64,000 nucleotides of DNA from Octopus sinensis (lineage: Eukaryota). The stretch's first letter is position 1; every line of letters begins with the position of its first letter. The notes under the pieces are model-generated. The model made no database searches. It worked only from the letters and a program-made list of their open reading frames with translations, and had not been told where the DNA came from. Shown here piece after piece: positions 40,456-53,522 of the stretch. The stretch spans positions 28,210,001 to 28,274,000 of the forward strand of contig NC_043003.1 in NCBI RefSeq assembly GCF_006345805.1, in the 5' to 3' direction. Made by a program: the position numbers and the translations under genes.

Positions 40456-41821
40456 CTAAGGAAGCAAAAGAGAGAGAAAACGAAATGTTTTAATTACTAA
40501 TCGATAGAGCGACATCCATGAAAATTAGAGCTGAGGAGCTAGTGGCGGGAAAGAGGCCTATACCAGTAAGTAAGAGAATATTCAATAAAGAGGGCAGACT
40601 ATGAAAATTTTAATGATGTAAAGTTTGTGGTAATGGCGGCAGTCGATCTATAGATTGGACCCAATACACAATTGCTGATCTAACCGATAAGTTGCATTGA
40701 TATCATCGATTAGTTGTATCAATATTATAGATCAGTCGCATCCCCAGACAGAAACGTCGCTCTTAACATCTAAGTCAAAGATCCAGTCTTGTAATGAGTT
40801 AAATATCACAGTTCTGTAATGATTCTGTTATAAAATAAAAATTAATCCCTGCAGGGATTAGAGCTTTTCCTCTCACATTACAGAGTTCCACACACTCCTG
40901 CAAAATGAATACAAACAAAACTAGTACAATTCTTGTAATATTGTGGATTTTCGAACTGACTGATTGATGTCTTGTATAGTATTATGTCTTACAGGAAGTT
41001 AAGTGGTAATTCGTAATAAAAAAAATCTTCTTTCTTCAAGAGTCATTAGCAATAACCGCTAGGTGTTTTTTTGTTTCTGCTCCAAGTGAGAAATTTCAGT
41101 CATGTTTTTTGTTTTTGCGCAAGGCATTCCACACATCACCCTTTAATTTATCCAAATTCCTTATCCATACTCATGCCATTGGCTCATTTCTGTTTTTTCC
41201 CTTAGCTCAACATTTGTTTTTCTTAATTCTGCAAATCATGCGGCACAATAATTATTTATAACTCAGCTGTAAGGCGGTGAGCTGGCAGAATTGTTTGCAC
41301 GTTGGACAAAATGCTAAGCGGTATTTTTCTGGCCTTACGTTTGGAGTTCAAATTCTGTTGAAGTCGACTTTGCCTTTTCATCCTTTCGAGGTCGATAAAA
41401 TAAGTACTAGTTGAGCCCTGGTGTCGATGTAATCGATTAGCTCACATCTTCCTAATTTCAGACCTTGTCCCTATAGCAGAGAGAAATAATTATTCACAGC
41501 TCTCTTTTTCCTTCTGTGAATATAAATCTTTGTCAACAGATCAAATACCGACATTTTTGAAAGGACCTCGGCGACTAATGGGAGGGAAAAAAAGGTACCC
41601 TAAAACTCAAAGACCTCTTCCAAATACTTACAAACGAGCGGACTCAGTTAGAGGTACGAAGGACCTAGTTGTGGGGCTGTCGGAAATCCGGGCGACGAAT
41701 TCAGAAATAGTAGACAAATTTGCATAATATCACACGAATTGCGAAGTTAGTAAGGAAAGATTCTTTGTAACAGAGCGCTTCAATGAAATATGATTTAGAA
41801 AAGGTGGGGTGAAGGACTAAC

Positions 41822-41938
41822 CTTTGTTTTCACGACGGCAGATGTCATAGACTTCGTCTGGGAGCCTGATTGAACTGGTTTCTGATCTTTTCAGTTTATC
41901 GCCAGTGTATACGTCCTCCACAGTTGAGATACTGAAAT
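41822..41938 (-). CDS. aGPCR exon 3 (GAIN B): (D)FSISTVEDVYTGDKLKRSETSSIRLPDEVYDICRRENK
   Basis: tcgattcag|AT...G|gttagt; 117 nt, phase 1/1; IxLP motif. Confidence 0.85.
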
Positions 41939-42081
41939 CTGAATCGAAAGAAATATATTCATACATTTACATATACATACATACACACATACACACGTAC
42001 ATACGTACATGCATACATACATGCATGCATACATGCATACATACATACATACATACATACATACATACATACATACATACA

Positions 42082-42780
42082 TAGTGGTGGGCACAGTTCC
42101 ATTAATCTGCTACAGATAATTAGCGTTTTCGCTAACTTTGGAAACCGTTAGCGGACCAATTTGCTTCCGCTAAATTTAGTTCCACTGACAGTAAGTCCGC
42201 TAACAAAATTCATACGTTTGTTCCTGTCTGTTATGGGCATCTCTCGAAGAGTCCGTCAGACAAGCTATTGGCTGACTACGTGTACACGGGACAAGACGTA
42301 ATTGGTCGACGCAGTAGCAGCTAGCTGAGCAACATCGTATAATTCTACAGTTTTGAACTGTGTTCACTTACGACGTTGTCACATTACAGACAGTCTTACA
42401 GTTTCAGCGACAGCAGTGTACGTTATCGGCTTATCAAGTTATCATTTATCGTTATGGAAGGTGAAGACGATTTTGTTCGGCATGAGGATGAAGGGCCAGT
42501 TGATGAGTCTGTAACGGCTGTGGGTGAAGCAGAGGTCGCTCAGGTCGAGAGCCAGGAGTCTCAGAACTCGTGACCCCACTTAGAGGACTACTTTGTCCTT
42601 ACGTCAAGGGATAAGAGGAAAGCCAAAATCCTGGACTTCTAGAGCGTCATGTGCTGATCCAAGGAGACCACCATCAAAAGACAAGCGACGGGTCTCTACA
42701 GCTTGAAGTCGCATGTCAAGAGGAAACACCCAACGCATGCCTTCCAGTTTGAGGAGAGGGTCAGCACAGGCAATCTTCTG
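42082..42780 (+). mobile_element. 5' fragment of a hAT-like DNA transposon with a decayed BED zinc finger
   Basis: Terminus tagtggtgggcac with subterminal gctaac/tagcg repeats; from ATG 42454 MEGEDD..(W>*)PHLEDYF...C...LYSLKSHVKRKHP with in-frame stops. Confidence 0.62.
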
Positions 42781-43095
42781 GTATATATACATATACATGT
42801 GTGTGTGTATGTTTGTATGTGTGTGTGTGTGCGTGTAAATGTTAGTATGTGTATGTTTGTGTGTGGGTCCGTACGTGTTTGTGTTTGTTTTCTCCACCAC
42901 TTAACGATTAGTGTTATTTCATTTACGTCGCCGTATTCTAGCGGTTCAGCAAATAAGACGGACTTGAAAAAGACTTGAAAGAGAAGAACCGAGGGCCATT
43001 TGTTCAGTTAAACCCCAACATGGCGATATCCCAGTATGGTCGCTGTCTAAAGAAAAGAAACTCATAACGAGGAAAGAAAAGAAGCAGTATTGTAC

Positions 43096-43216
43096 CTAAA
43101 TTTGTTGAAGCCATTGAGTAACTTTGCGTACTTCCACGGTGGCCGTGTTGAAATACGTTGCTTGCCATCCGTTCTGTATTGGCTAGCACCGACGCCATCT
43201 TCTCCCCGACCATGTT
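43096..43216 (-). CDS. aGPCR exon 2 (GAIN A/B boundary): NMVGEKMASVLANTERMASNVFQHGHRGSTQSYSMASTNL
   Basis: ttacacag|AAC...G|gtacaa; 121 nt, phase 0/1. Confidence 0.82.
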
Positions 43217-43370
43217 CTGTGTAATATAAAGATAAAAATCATTATGGAAAATAGAAACATTATGAAAAAATAAATAAGCAATAGATTTCATAGCGTGTCA
43301 ATAATGAATTGTCTTTTGTAATCAATATTTTATTAGACTCATATCAATTTTATCAAAGGCTACTGATCTT

Positions 43371-43402
<32 letters not shown>

Positions 43403-43449
43403 TGTATGTATGTATGTATGTATGTATGTATGTATGTATGTATGTATGA

Positions 43450-43826
43450 ATATATGCAGATTTGTATGTTTTGCCTTATGTGAGTATTTTCATGCACATA
43501 GTTGCATATCTAGAGATGCTCATATATATTTAAATGATAAACCTCTGGAAAGTTTTACAGATTTTTACAGTTCCAGTGAAGGATTGGATCTGTAGTCTTC
43601 GAATTAGCTTTCTCCTTTCTGGTTCTGAGAAGCCTAATTTCTCAAGATTGATATTTAGACAATGTGTCCCAATAATTACAGGTATAAACCTGAACTTGTT
43701 ATCTGGATAGAATAACTGCAGATTTCTCGATAGTTCAGCGTAGGTATTTTCCTTTTCACAGATCTTCAGTTTTATGTTAACATCCGCTGGGCAGCTAATT
43801 TCCACAACTATGCACAGTTTCTCATG
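43450..43826 (-). mobile_element. 3' end of a REL-endonuclease non-LTR element (R4/Dong-like), copy A
   Basis: EKLCIVVEISCPADVNIKLKICEKENTYAEL..FIPVIIG..LEKLGF; flanked by (CATA)n on both sides. Confidence 0.78.
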
Positions 43827-43983
43827 TATGTATGTATGTATGTATGTATGTATGTATGTATGTATGTATGTATGTATGTATGTATGTATGTATGTATGTA
43901 TGTATGTATGTATGAATGTGTGTGTATGTATGTATGTATGTATGTATGTATGTATGTATGTATGCATGTATTATGTATATCTC

Positions 43984-44744
43984 TTTTTTTTTAATTATTA
44001 TAAATCTTCCACTGAGGAGGGAGCCGGTTTCCGACAAAGATACAAGGCTCTGTTTTTGAGATGTAGTTAACAGAGACAAATTCACATTTGGAACCTGAGA
44101 AAAATCTTGCATATTTTTACTGCACCACTCACAGTCTGCACTTGTAATGTACTAATTTGCCGGTCGATTTCTCTTTCTGAAAATCCCAGTTTATCCAGAT
44201 TCTCCTTTAAGCATTTACTAAAAAAGAAAAAAAACCTAGTGCTCCAATTATTATTGGTATGAATATAAATTCATATTCCGGATATCGAAGCTGGAGGTTT
44301 CGAAGCAGTATCGTCATTTTCTTTGATTTTCAAAGAGATATTTTTATCTGCAGGGCAGCTGACCTCTATGACAGTAAATACCTTTACCCCTCTGTCCCAA
44401 ATAACAATATCCGGCCTGTTATGTTTACATTACCAGTATTCCTTGAGTTGGTGTTTATGACTGCATTCCATAGCAGAGGGATTTTCTAAGTTTAATTCAG
44501 GATAGTCCTTTTTGCGAATGGCATTGTAAATTGTTTTAGCGACAACATCGTTCCACGTAGGGAGGTAGTACCGTGACGACATTTTAGGACAGCTGCTAAT
44601 CACATGCATGATGTTTTCCACAGAAAAAATGACATAGCCTATACATGCAGTTGCCCATGGGAGTGCAAGAGCGTCACTGTCTTTTTTTGTTCCCCAAGTA
44701 CTTTGTGACAATCTCCTGTTCCTGGATTGCCTTAAAAATGTCAT
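43984..44744 (-). mobile_element. 3' part of a REL-endonuclease non-LTR element (R4/Dong-like), copy B
   Basis: AIQEQEIVTKYL; ENIMHVISSCPKMS..NDVVAKTIY (CCHC remnant); RPDIVIWD..IEVSCPAD..K; ends with a short A-run followed by (CATA)n. Confidence 0.82.
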
Positions 44745-45562
44745 AGCGTTTCAATCAATACAAACACACGTACGCTATCTGTGACATATACACGCACATA
44801 GTCTTCGCACTCTCTAAGAACAAAAAACAAACAAACAAAAAAAACCGTCGATTTTTTTGACGTACACAATATTTTAATCATTTAAAAATATTTCTGAATG
44901 GGATTTCAAAAATGTAAGCTGTTTGTACAGTAAGTATTTAAATTTTAGCTTTCTTTAAACAGACAATATTTTAATGCTTTTCCGTTAATTTCCGTAATTT
45001 TTTTATTTATTTACTTTTGTCTTAAAGTGAAAGAGAGGAGAACGTGAAAGATGTATGTATATGTATATGAAATGGACATGTATGTGTGAAAGAGAGAGAG
45101 AGAGAGAGAGTAAATGGGTGTGTTGTCATATATACGTACATACATTAATACATATGCGTACATCTTTTTTTGTATGTACGTGTGCATGTGTGTGTGTGTG
45201 TGTCTGTGTGTCTGTGTAATAGAGAGATAGTGAGTGAGTGAAAGTGAGTGTTCTCATGTATGTGTAAGTGGCACTCTCTCTCTCTTTTTAACATTTGTGA
45301 ATATACTATATACATCTACAAAATATTATAATTAGTAAACTGATAAATGAATATAAAAATAAAAATAAATCCACCCTGAATCATAGCAACATATGTCTCT
45401 CTCACTAATCCAATAAGAATCATCCATAGAATTTAGCTTCTTATATGAAATTTACTTAGTTTTATTTATTTATTTATTTATTTATTTTTCATTTTTATTT
45501 TTCTATTCATTTATCTGTTTACTAATTATAATAACAACCAACTTCCAATATACACATATACA

Positions 45563-45648
<86 letters not shown>

Positions 45649-45679
45649 TATATATATATAATATATATATATATATATA

Positions 45680-46025
45680 GGTGAAGGCGCATGGCTCAGT
45701 GGTTAGAGCGTCGAGCTTACGATCGTGAGGTTGTGAGCTCGAATCCCGGACCGGGCTGCGTGTTGTGTTCTTGAGCAAGGCACTTTATTTCACGTTGCTC
45801 CAGTTCACTCAGCTGTAGAAATGAGTTGCGACGTCACTGGTGCCAAGCTGTATCGACCTTTGTCTTTCCCTTGGATAACACTAGTGGCGTGGAGAGGGGA
45901 GGCTGGTATGCATGGGCGACTGCTGGTCTTCCATAAACAACATTGCCCGGACTTGTGTCTAGGAGGGTAACTTTCTAGGTGCAATCCCATGGTCATTCAT
46001 GACCGAAGGGGGTCTTTACCCTTTA
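45680..46025 (+). mobile_element. tRNA-derived SINE (separate family)
   Basis: tggctcagtggttagagcg...tcgaatccc head; cttgagcaaggcactt core-like segment. Confidence 0.72.
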
Positions 46026-46031
46026 TATATA

Positions 46032-46081
<50 letters not shown>

Positions 46082-47047
46082 CAAATACTTGAGGTCATTT
46101 TCCATCATTTTTTAATATCTTATAATTATGTCGTGTAGCCGAAAGACGTTAATAACTAACTGCGTCGTTTATTTTATGTACTTGTTTTCGTTAGCGTCCT
46201 TGCTTCCCTGTTTTCTAAGCACTTGCCTCATTCTGTCCTTTATATCTGCTCATATATCTCAGCAACGTTTAGCTACTGAAGCCACGAAAAGTGAACGAGC
46301 TTATCGATAATGGAGCCAAATTGTGAGCATTTTCAGTTGTCTACGTAATTTATGCGTCTTTTCCTATTTTCCATGTGTTCCTTTGTCGTTTTCCCGAGCA
46401 ACATTTTACTGTCTCCGCCTCTGTCTCCGTTACTGTCTCTATGTCTCTCTCTATGTATATGCATGTATATATATATCTCGTATATATATATCTGTAGAGT
46501 AATATATGGATTTATAGAATCATGTGGCTATCACGGAAAGTTCCTCCTGTGGACTCAGATAACAAACCATGTTGTGATCTTAAACAGAAAAGTATAATGC
46601 AGAGTTCTATGTAGTTGAACCTCAGGAGATCCAAACGCTGAAATTAGTTCATGGGGAGTATATAAACCATACTAAGTCAGGAAGTATGAGAGGAATATGT
46701 TTATTTCACTACTTGTCATCCTTAGTGTTACGGCTGTTTCGTAGCTTTTATCATGTTATAATAATTTCAGTGTATAATAAATTATTTTACATGTCTGCAT
46801 TCATATGCTTGCTACGCATTGTACAATACAATCGCATATTTACAAATCAATGCAGATAAAAAAAGTTGGCTCATCAGATCACCAGAACATTAGCGTTACA
46901 CAAGTTCTTGTAGCTCTCCTCTCTCTCTCCTTCTCCTCTCTCTCTCCTTCTCCTCTCTCTCTCTCTCTACATATATATATTTAGAGAGAAAGATACTTAT
47001 AATATATTATATATGAATATATGTGTGTATGTATGTATATATATGTA

Positions 47048-47147
<100 letters not shown>

Positions 47148-48139
47148 ATTTATATATATATATAAACGCGCACACACATATATATATGTATGTTTGTACA
47201 CACACACACACACACACATACACACACTAGATTGCGCTAGAGCCGTTGCCGATGCCTCGTCACCGTCATTGATCACATTTCGAAAGAACCGGTGTAATTC
47301 ATATCTGATAACATCTGGCAGCTATGTTTAATCGTACATTCAGCAGCATTTTCATGTACTTTATATATACAATATATTCTGATCGATTTCTAAGACAATG
47401 GTAGAAAGTTAAGTTTTGTTTAATTTATAATAGACAAACTGCAGCAACATCAACAACAACAACAACCAAAGAAATGGTAAGGCATTGTGCAATTTCTATG
47501 CATGAATCAATATGTCTATAGTCATATATGGACATATTCAGATACGGTCTTATGCAGATACGGCCCTATTCTAATGTGTAATCAATAACGAAACGCCGAC
47601 AACGTTAGTGCAAATTATATAAATATATCTAGTTGTGGTATAAAATTTTCATTGATAATGATTTAGGATTTCGTGCTCTATGATCAATTCAAAGAGTTTG
47701 TACGAAAGTCAGGCTGTGTATAATTCATAAGCTGTTATAGTTAATTTGTTTATCCGCGTAATTACCACCACCTGGATTTATCTTACAGTTACTCTTTACC
47801 CTGCGGAACTGGTTCAAAGTAAAGACATCGGGGTCTAAGTTCGAATTATTTGATCGCTACAAAATGTTTTCTATACCGAGAATATCTGGATCTCATCTGC
47901 TGACTATATCAAGTTTATATTGTATATAAAAACGTAGCTGTAATATTTTATCTCTTAGAAACTTCTCGAGCAGACTTGTGTGTTAAAAATAAAAAATAAA
48001 AAATAAACACAGAGCGGGGTCAGAATTACGCAAGTGGATCGTTAGACACCGATATGTCGGCCTAACATGAACACCTTAGTGGCGAACATCAACAGACATT
48101 CTGAAAAAAGTCGGAATTTTCGCTCCTATATAAAAATAT

Positions 48140-49457
48140 TCTTTTCTACTCTAAGCACAAGGCCAAAAACTTTTGGGGAGGAAGCCCAGTTGATTAGATT
48201 GACCACAGTACGCAACTGGTACTTACTTTATCGACCCCGAAAGGATGAAAGGCAAAATCGACCTCGGCGGAATTTGAACTCAGAACACGAAGACAGACGA
48301 AATACCTATTTCTTTACTATCCACAATGGGCTAAACACAGAGAGGACGAACAAGAACAGACAAACGGATTAAGGCGATTATATCGATCCCAGTGCGTAAC
48401 TGGTACTTACTTTATCGACCCCGAAAGGATGAAAGGCTAAGTCGACCTCGGCGGAATTTGAACTCAGAACGTAACAGCAGACGAAATACCTATTTCCTTA
48501 CTACCCACAAGGGGCTAAACACAGAGAGGACGAACAAGAACAGACAAACGGATTAAGTCGATTATATCGATCCCAGTGCGTAACTGGTACTTACTTTATC
48601 GACCCCGAAAGGATGAAAGGCTAAGTCGACCTCGGCGGAATTTGAACTCAGAACGTAACAGCAGACGAAATACCTATTTCCTTACTACCACAATGGGCTA
48701 AACACAGAGAGGACGAACAAGAACAGACAAACGGATTAAGTCGATTATATCGATCCAGTGCGTAACTGGTACTTACTTTATCGACCCCGAAAGGATGAAA
48801 GGCTAAGTCGACCTCGGCGGAATTTGAACTCAGAACGTAACAGCAGACGAAATACCTATTTCCTTACTACCCACAATGGGCTAAACACAGAGAGGACGAA
48901 CAAGAACAGACAAACGGATTAAGTCGATTATATCGATCCCAGTGCGTAACTGGTACTTACTTTATCGACCCCGAAAGGATGAAAGGCTAAGTCGACCTCG
49001 GCGGAATTTGAACTCAGAACGTAACAGCAGACGAAATACCTATTTCCTTACTACCCACAAGGGGCTAAACACAGAGAGGACGAACAAGAACAGACAAACG
49101 GATTAAGTCGATTATATCGATCCCAGTGCGTAACTGGTACTTACTTTATCGACCCCGAAAGGATGAAAGGCTAAGTCGACCTCGGCGGAATTTGAACTCA
49201 GAACGTAACAGCAGCGACGAAATACCTATTTCCTTACTACCCACAAGGGGCTAAACACAGAGAGGACGAACAAGAACAGACAAACGGATTAAGTCGATTA
49301 TATCGATCCCAGTGCGTAACTGGTGCTTATTTAATCGACCCCGAAAGGATGAAAGGCAAAGTCGACCTCGGCGGAATTTGAACTCAGAACGTAACGGCAG
49401 ACAAAATACCGCTAAGCATTTCGCCCGACATACTAACGTTTCTTTCAGCTCGCCGGT
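48140..49457 (-). repeat. SINE whose internal ~184-bp segment is tandemly amplified (~7 copies)
   Basis: Unit anchors at 48366, 48550, 48733, 48916, 49100, 49286; SINE head at ~49457 and tail at ~48140. Confidence 0.92.
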
Positions 49458-50028
49458 TTCCTATATAAAAATATTAAATAAGGCATACATTGATTTGTAG
49501 TGAAGCTGCCTAAGCTTAAATGAAGTTAATATACTCTTGAAAGAGCATTCGATTAACAAAGTTGTCTGTAACATTTATAATTCTTCGAATATGTAGGAAT
49601 GAAACGTTGTGTAAAGCATTATAGACAAAGATAGAACAGCGCTAGCTGTAATATTTTGTCATGAAAAACTTCTTTTAAGTGACTTAATATGTTAAAAATA
49701 GTGCTTGCTCAGAATAACAACACTTGCTCGTTAGACACCAATATATCGGCCTGATTTGATCTCCTCCGTATTGACCACTCAAATTTCCTTTCCTATATAG
49801 AAACCAATGTGGTTGAAGAGTCTTTGTATAACTTCTTTTTCAAAGATAACGTACAAATATGATGTAAATCGTTGATATAATCGCGTGGACACTAAAGAGA
49901 ATGTGGCGGGGTGGCGTCAATTGAAGGTTAAAACAATGCGAAGCGCTTTGTGACCTGCGATGCGTAGCAATATCTGATAGCCTGGTCGGTCACGTGATCA
50001 TATACATATATATATGTGTGTGTATATG

Positions 50029-50077
<49 letters not shown>

Positions 50078-50159
50078 ACACAAACACGTATATATACATA
50101 CATACATAACATACATACATACATACATGTATATATATGTCTGTATATCTATGTATACA

Positions 50160-50684
50160 CAGTAATCCCTCGCCATATCGCGGTTCACCTATCGCGGTTT
50201 ATTATTTAAACTTACGTCTTTTCTTCCGCGGTTTTGTTTTGCATTTATAATAAAATAAATATATACAAATTAAAAAAATATATAGGTGTGGCAATAGACG
50301 CAGGAGTTGCTGTGTGGCACCTTGGGCAAGTGTCTTCTACTCTAGCCTAGAGCCGACTAAAGCCTTGTGAGTGGATTTGGTAGACGGAAACTGAAAGAAG
50401 CTCGCCGTATATGTTTATGTACGTGTGTGTGTGTGTATGTTTGTGTGTCTGTGTTTGTCCCACCACCATCGCTTGACAACCGATGCTAGTGTTTACGTCT
50501 CCGTAACTTAGCGGTTCGGCAAAATAGACCGATAGAATAAGTACTAGGCTCCAACATGGCCACAGTCAAATGACTGAAACAAGTAAAAGTGTAAAAAAAG
50601 TACAGTACTGTTTCTACTTCGCGGATTTTCACCAAATGCGTGGGGTTTTGGAACGTAACACCCTCGATAGTCGAGAGATTATTG
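50160..50684. mobile_element. Tigger/pogo-like MITE with a SINE (50302-50590) nested inside
   Basis: TIRs cagtaatccctcg..atcg / cgat..cgagagattattg in TA-rich flanks. Confidence 0.62.
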
Positions 50685-50797
50685 TATACATATATAAGAA
50701 CTGATATTTGAGTGGGTGTACAATTAGATATAAATCGTAGTTTCATGTGGATATTAATATAACCATAAGTAAATGTCATACAACATACGTCTGTCTG

Positions 50798-50884
<87 letters not shown>

Positions 50885-50979
50885 GCATGACTCTCTCTCT
50901 CTCTTTCTCCCTCTCTCTCTTTCTCCACACACACCCACAAATATGTGGTGTGTGTGTATGTGTGTGTGGTGTGTGTGTG

Positions 50980-51028
<49 letters not shown>

Positions 51029-52164
51029 TGAAATATTTGTGTGATATTCTCGAAGCAATCTGATCTATGAAATCGAAGAGGAATCTTGGACGCCACTGAA
51101 ATGCAATTTTATATAAAACGAAGTATAATTGTTTCCGTTATGTTTTTCTCTCATATCTCGATCTAAAAGATCTTTGTCAAATAATACAGTTAAACCCCAC
51201 CACACACACAGAGTTTATTCAGTTAGCTGACAAGGTAGGTCTGAAAGTGTTGCATCACCACTGCATAAATGTTTCCTACCAACGTGTCATGCTTTCAGTT
51301 AACTGTAATCGCTTTTCGTTTTGGTGAAACTTAAAAATATCTTCCACAGTTTTCGGTTTTGTCGTGAAGTTACCATTTACGACAAGTTAACGACAATTTA
51401 TCGTCGTCTCTGAGATGTTAGCAATAGTTAGCTGGCTAAGTGAAATCTAAAACAAAAAATATTTCTTTCCGTTTCTCTCAAGTTCATCTCACCAGATGGC
51501 GTATAATTTTAGAGAGGTGTCAGAGATATTCGCCAACTTACATATTAAAGAAAAAGGTTAGCGCTTTTAAAGAGAATGTCTGTTCCCTTTCCTACATGAA
51601 AATACTTCGAAAATATCTTACAAATCAGTTTTATGAACAATGTTATACCTAATTGGGACGAAACAGGAAAGAAACGATGATATGGAATTTTAAAAGATTC
51701 GATCGGTCAGATAACTCTTTCTAATCTTAAGGCCAACAGTTTTGAGGGAAAGGGGCAAGCTTAGTACATCGCTCCTACTAGTTGACCAGTACTTTATTTA
51801 CTGATCCCGAAAGGTTATAAGGCAAATTTGTACTCAGTACGTAAAAAGCAGGAAGCAATGGCGCTATGTATTTTGCCCAACGCGCTAACAGTTTTGCCCG
51901 CTCGCTGCCTTTTCAATGATAATAGTACTAGTAGTCTCTGATTTAGGCGCAAGGTTAGCGGTTTTTGAATACGGGGATTAACAGATACAACCGACCCTAG
52001 TACTTTGAGGGGAAGGAGCAAGTCAATTTCATCGACCCTTGTACGCGGCACCCGAAAGGATGAAAGGCAAAGTTGACCTCAGTGCGATTTCAATTCAGAA
52101 CATTAAGAACGGGGAGAAATACCACCAAGCATTTTGACCGATAATATTAGCATAAGACAAGGTA

Positions 52165-52885
52165 GCGAACTGGCAGAATCGTTAGCACGCCGGGAAATGT
52201 GCTTAGCGGCATTTCGTCTATCTTTACGTTCTGAGTTCAAATTCCGCCGAGGTCGACTTTGTTTTTCATCCTTTCGGGGTCAATAAAATAAGTACCAATT
52301 GAGTACTAGGGGGTCAATCTAATTGACTTAGCCCCTCCACCAAAATTTCAAGCCCTTGTGCCTATAGTAGAAAGGATTCTTCTTCTTCTTCTTCTTCTTC
52401 TTCTTCTTCTTCTTCTTCTTCTTCTTCTTCCTTCTCTCCTCCTCCTCCTACTTCCTCTCCTTCTTCTCCCTTCTTCCTCCCTTCTTCTTCTTCTTCTTCT
52501 TCTTCTTCTCCTCCTCCTCCTCCTCCTCCTTCTTCTTCTTCTTCTTCTTCTTCTTCTTCTCATTAACAAGGTGATGAGCTGGCAAAATAGTTTGCATGCC
52601 AGGCAAAATGCCTAGCGGTATTTCGTCTGCCGCTACGTTCTGAGTTCAAATTCCGCCGAGGTCGACTTTGCCTTTCATGCTTTCGGGGTCGATTAAATAA
52701 GTACCAGTTAGGCACTGGGGTCGCTATAATCGACTTAATCCGTTTGTCTGTCCTTGTTTGCCCTCTCTGTGTTTAGCCCCTTGTGGATCGTAAAGAAATA
52801 GGTATTTCGTCCGTTTTTAGTTCTGAGTTCAAATCTATCAGAGGTCGACTTAGCCTTTCATCCTTTCGAGGTCGATACGATAAAT
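52165..52885 (+). mobile_element. Two SINEs of the ggcgagctggcagaa..gaggtcgactttgcc family, separated by a (CTT)n tract; further copies at 41275-41480, 55694-55905, 61105-61335 (+) and 57712-57935 (-)
   Basis: Recurrent body ttctgagttcaaattccgccgaggtcgactttgcctttcatcctttcggggtcgat. Confidence 0.82.
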
Positions 52886-53274
52886 ACCAGAATTTGCTGG
52901 TTTTGTGCCAAAATTTGAAACCTATATTAGCATCACACAGAAAAAATGATTTATCAGCTTCTTGCGGTGCAAACTTTTTGACAAGCAGAAAATTGTGATA
53001 TGTACTTCTATGTTTTACCATAATAGAGGATTGTAGTTCACCAAAAGCAAGAATAGACGGGTGGTAATACATCCAATCTCGGTTCGACAGTTAGCGTTGT
53101 AATATATTTTCATGTTATTTTTTTGGTTTTACTGTATTATTTGACGAAGATTGCTTAGTTCGAATTATTATGACTGAAAAAATAACACTTTCTTTTATAT
53201 GATAAGAAAAAAACTGTGACGTTCATATTTCTGTTCCTAAAACTTAAATATATATACGAATGTATGTGTGCTGC

Positions 53275-53309
<35 letters not shown>

Positions 53310-53434
53310 CGCACACACACACACACACGACTACACATATACCTAGATACATATATACATTGTATGCATGCATGCATCTATGTATACCTATATATAATTA
53401 TCACATATATATAATTATCTCTTTCTCTCACTCA

Positions 53435-53498
<64 letters not shown>

Positions 53499-53522
53499 CT
53501 ATATAGTATAATTATATATATA

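Noticed and set aside
47800-47856. Possible 57-nt phase 0/0 exon (RSNNSNLDPDVFTLNQFRR)
   Set aside because: The splice sites are plausible, but exon 56463-56531 already joins exon 43096-43216 in a GAIN-like way and the peptide has no recognisable motif
48140-49457. CRISPR-like appearance of the regular repeats
   Set aside because: Whole units are near-identical with no unique spacers, they derive from a SINE, and the context is eukaryotic
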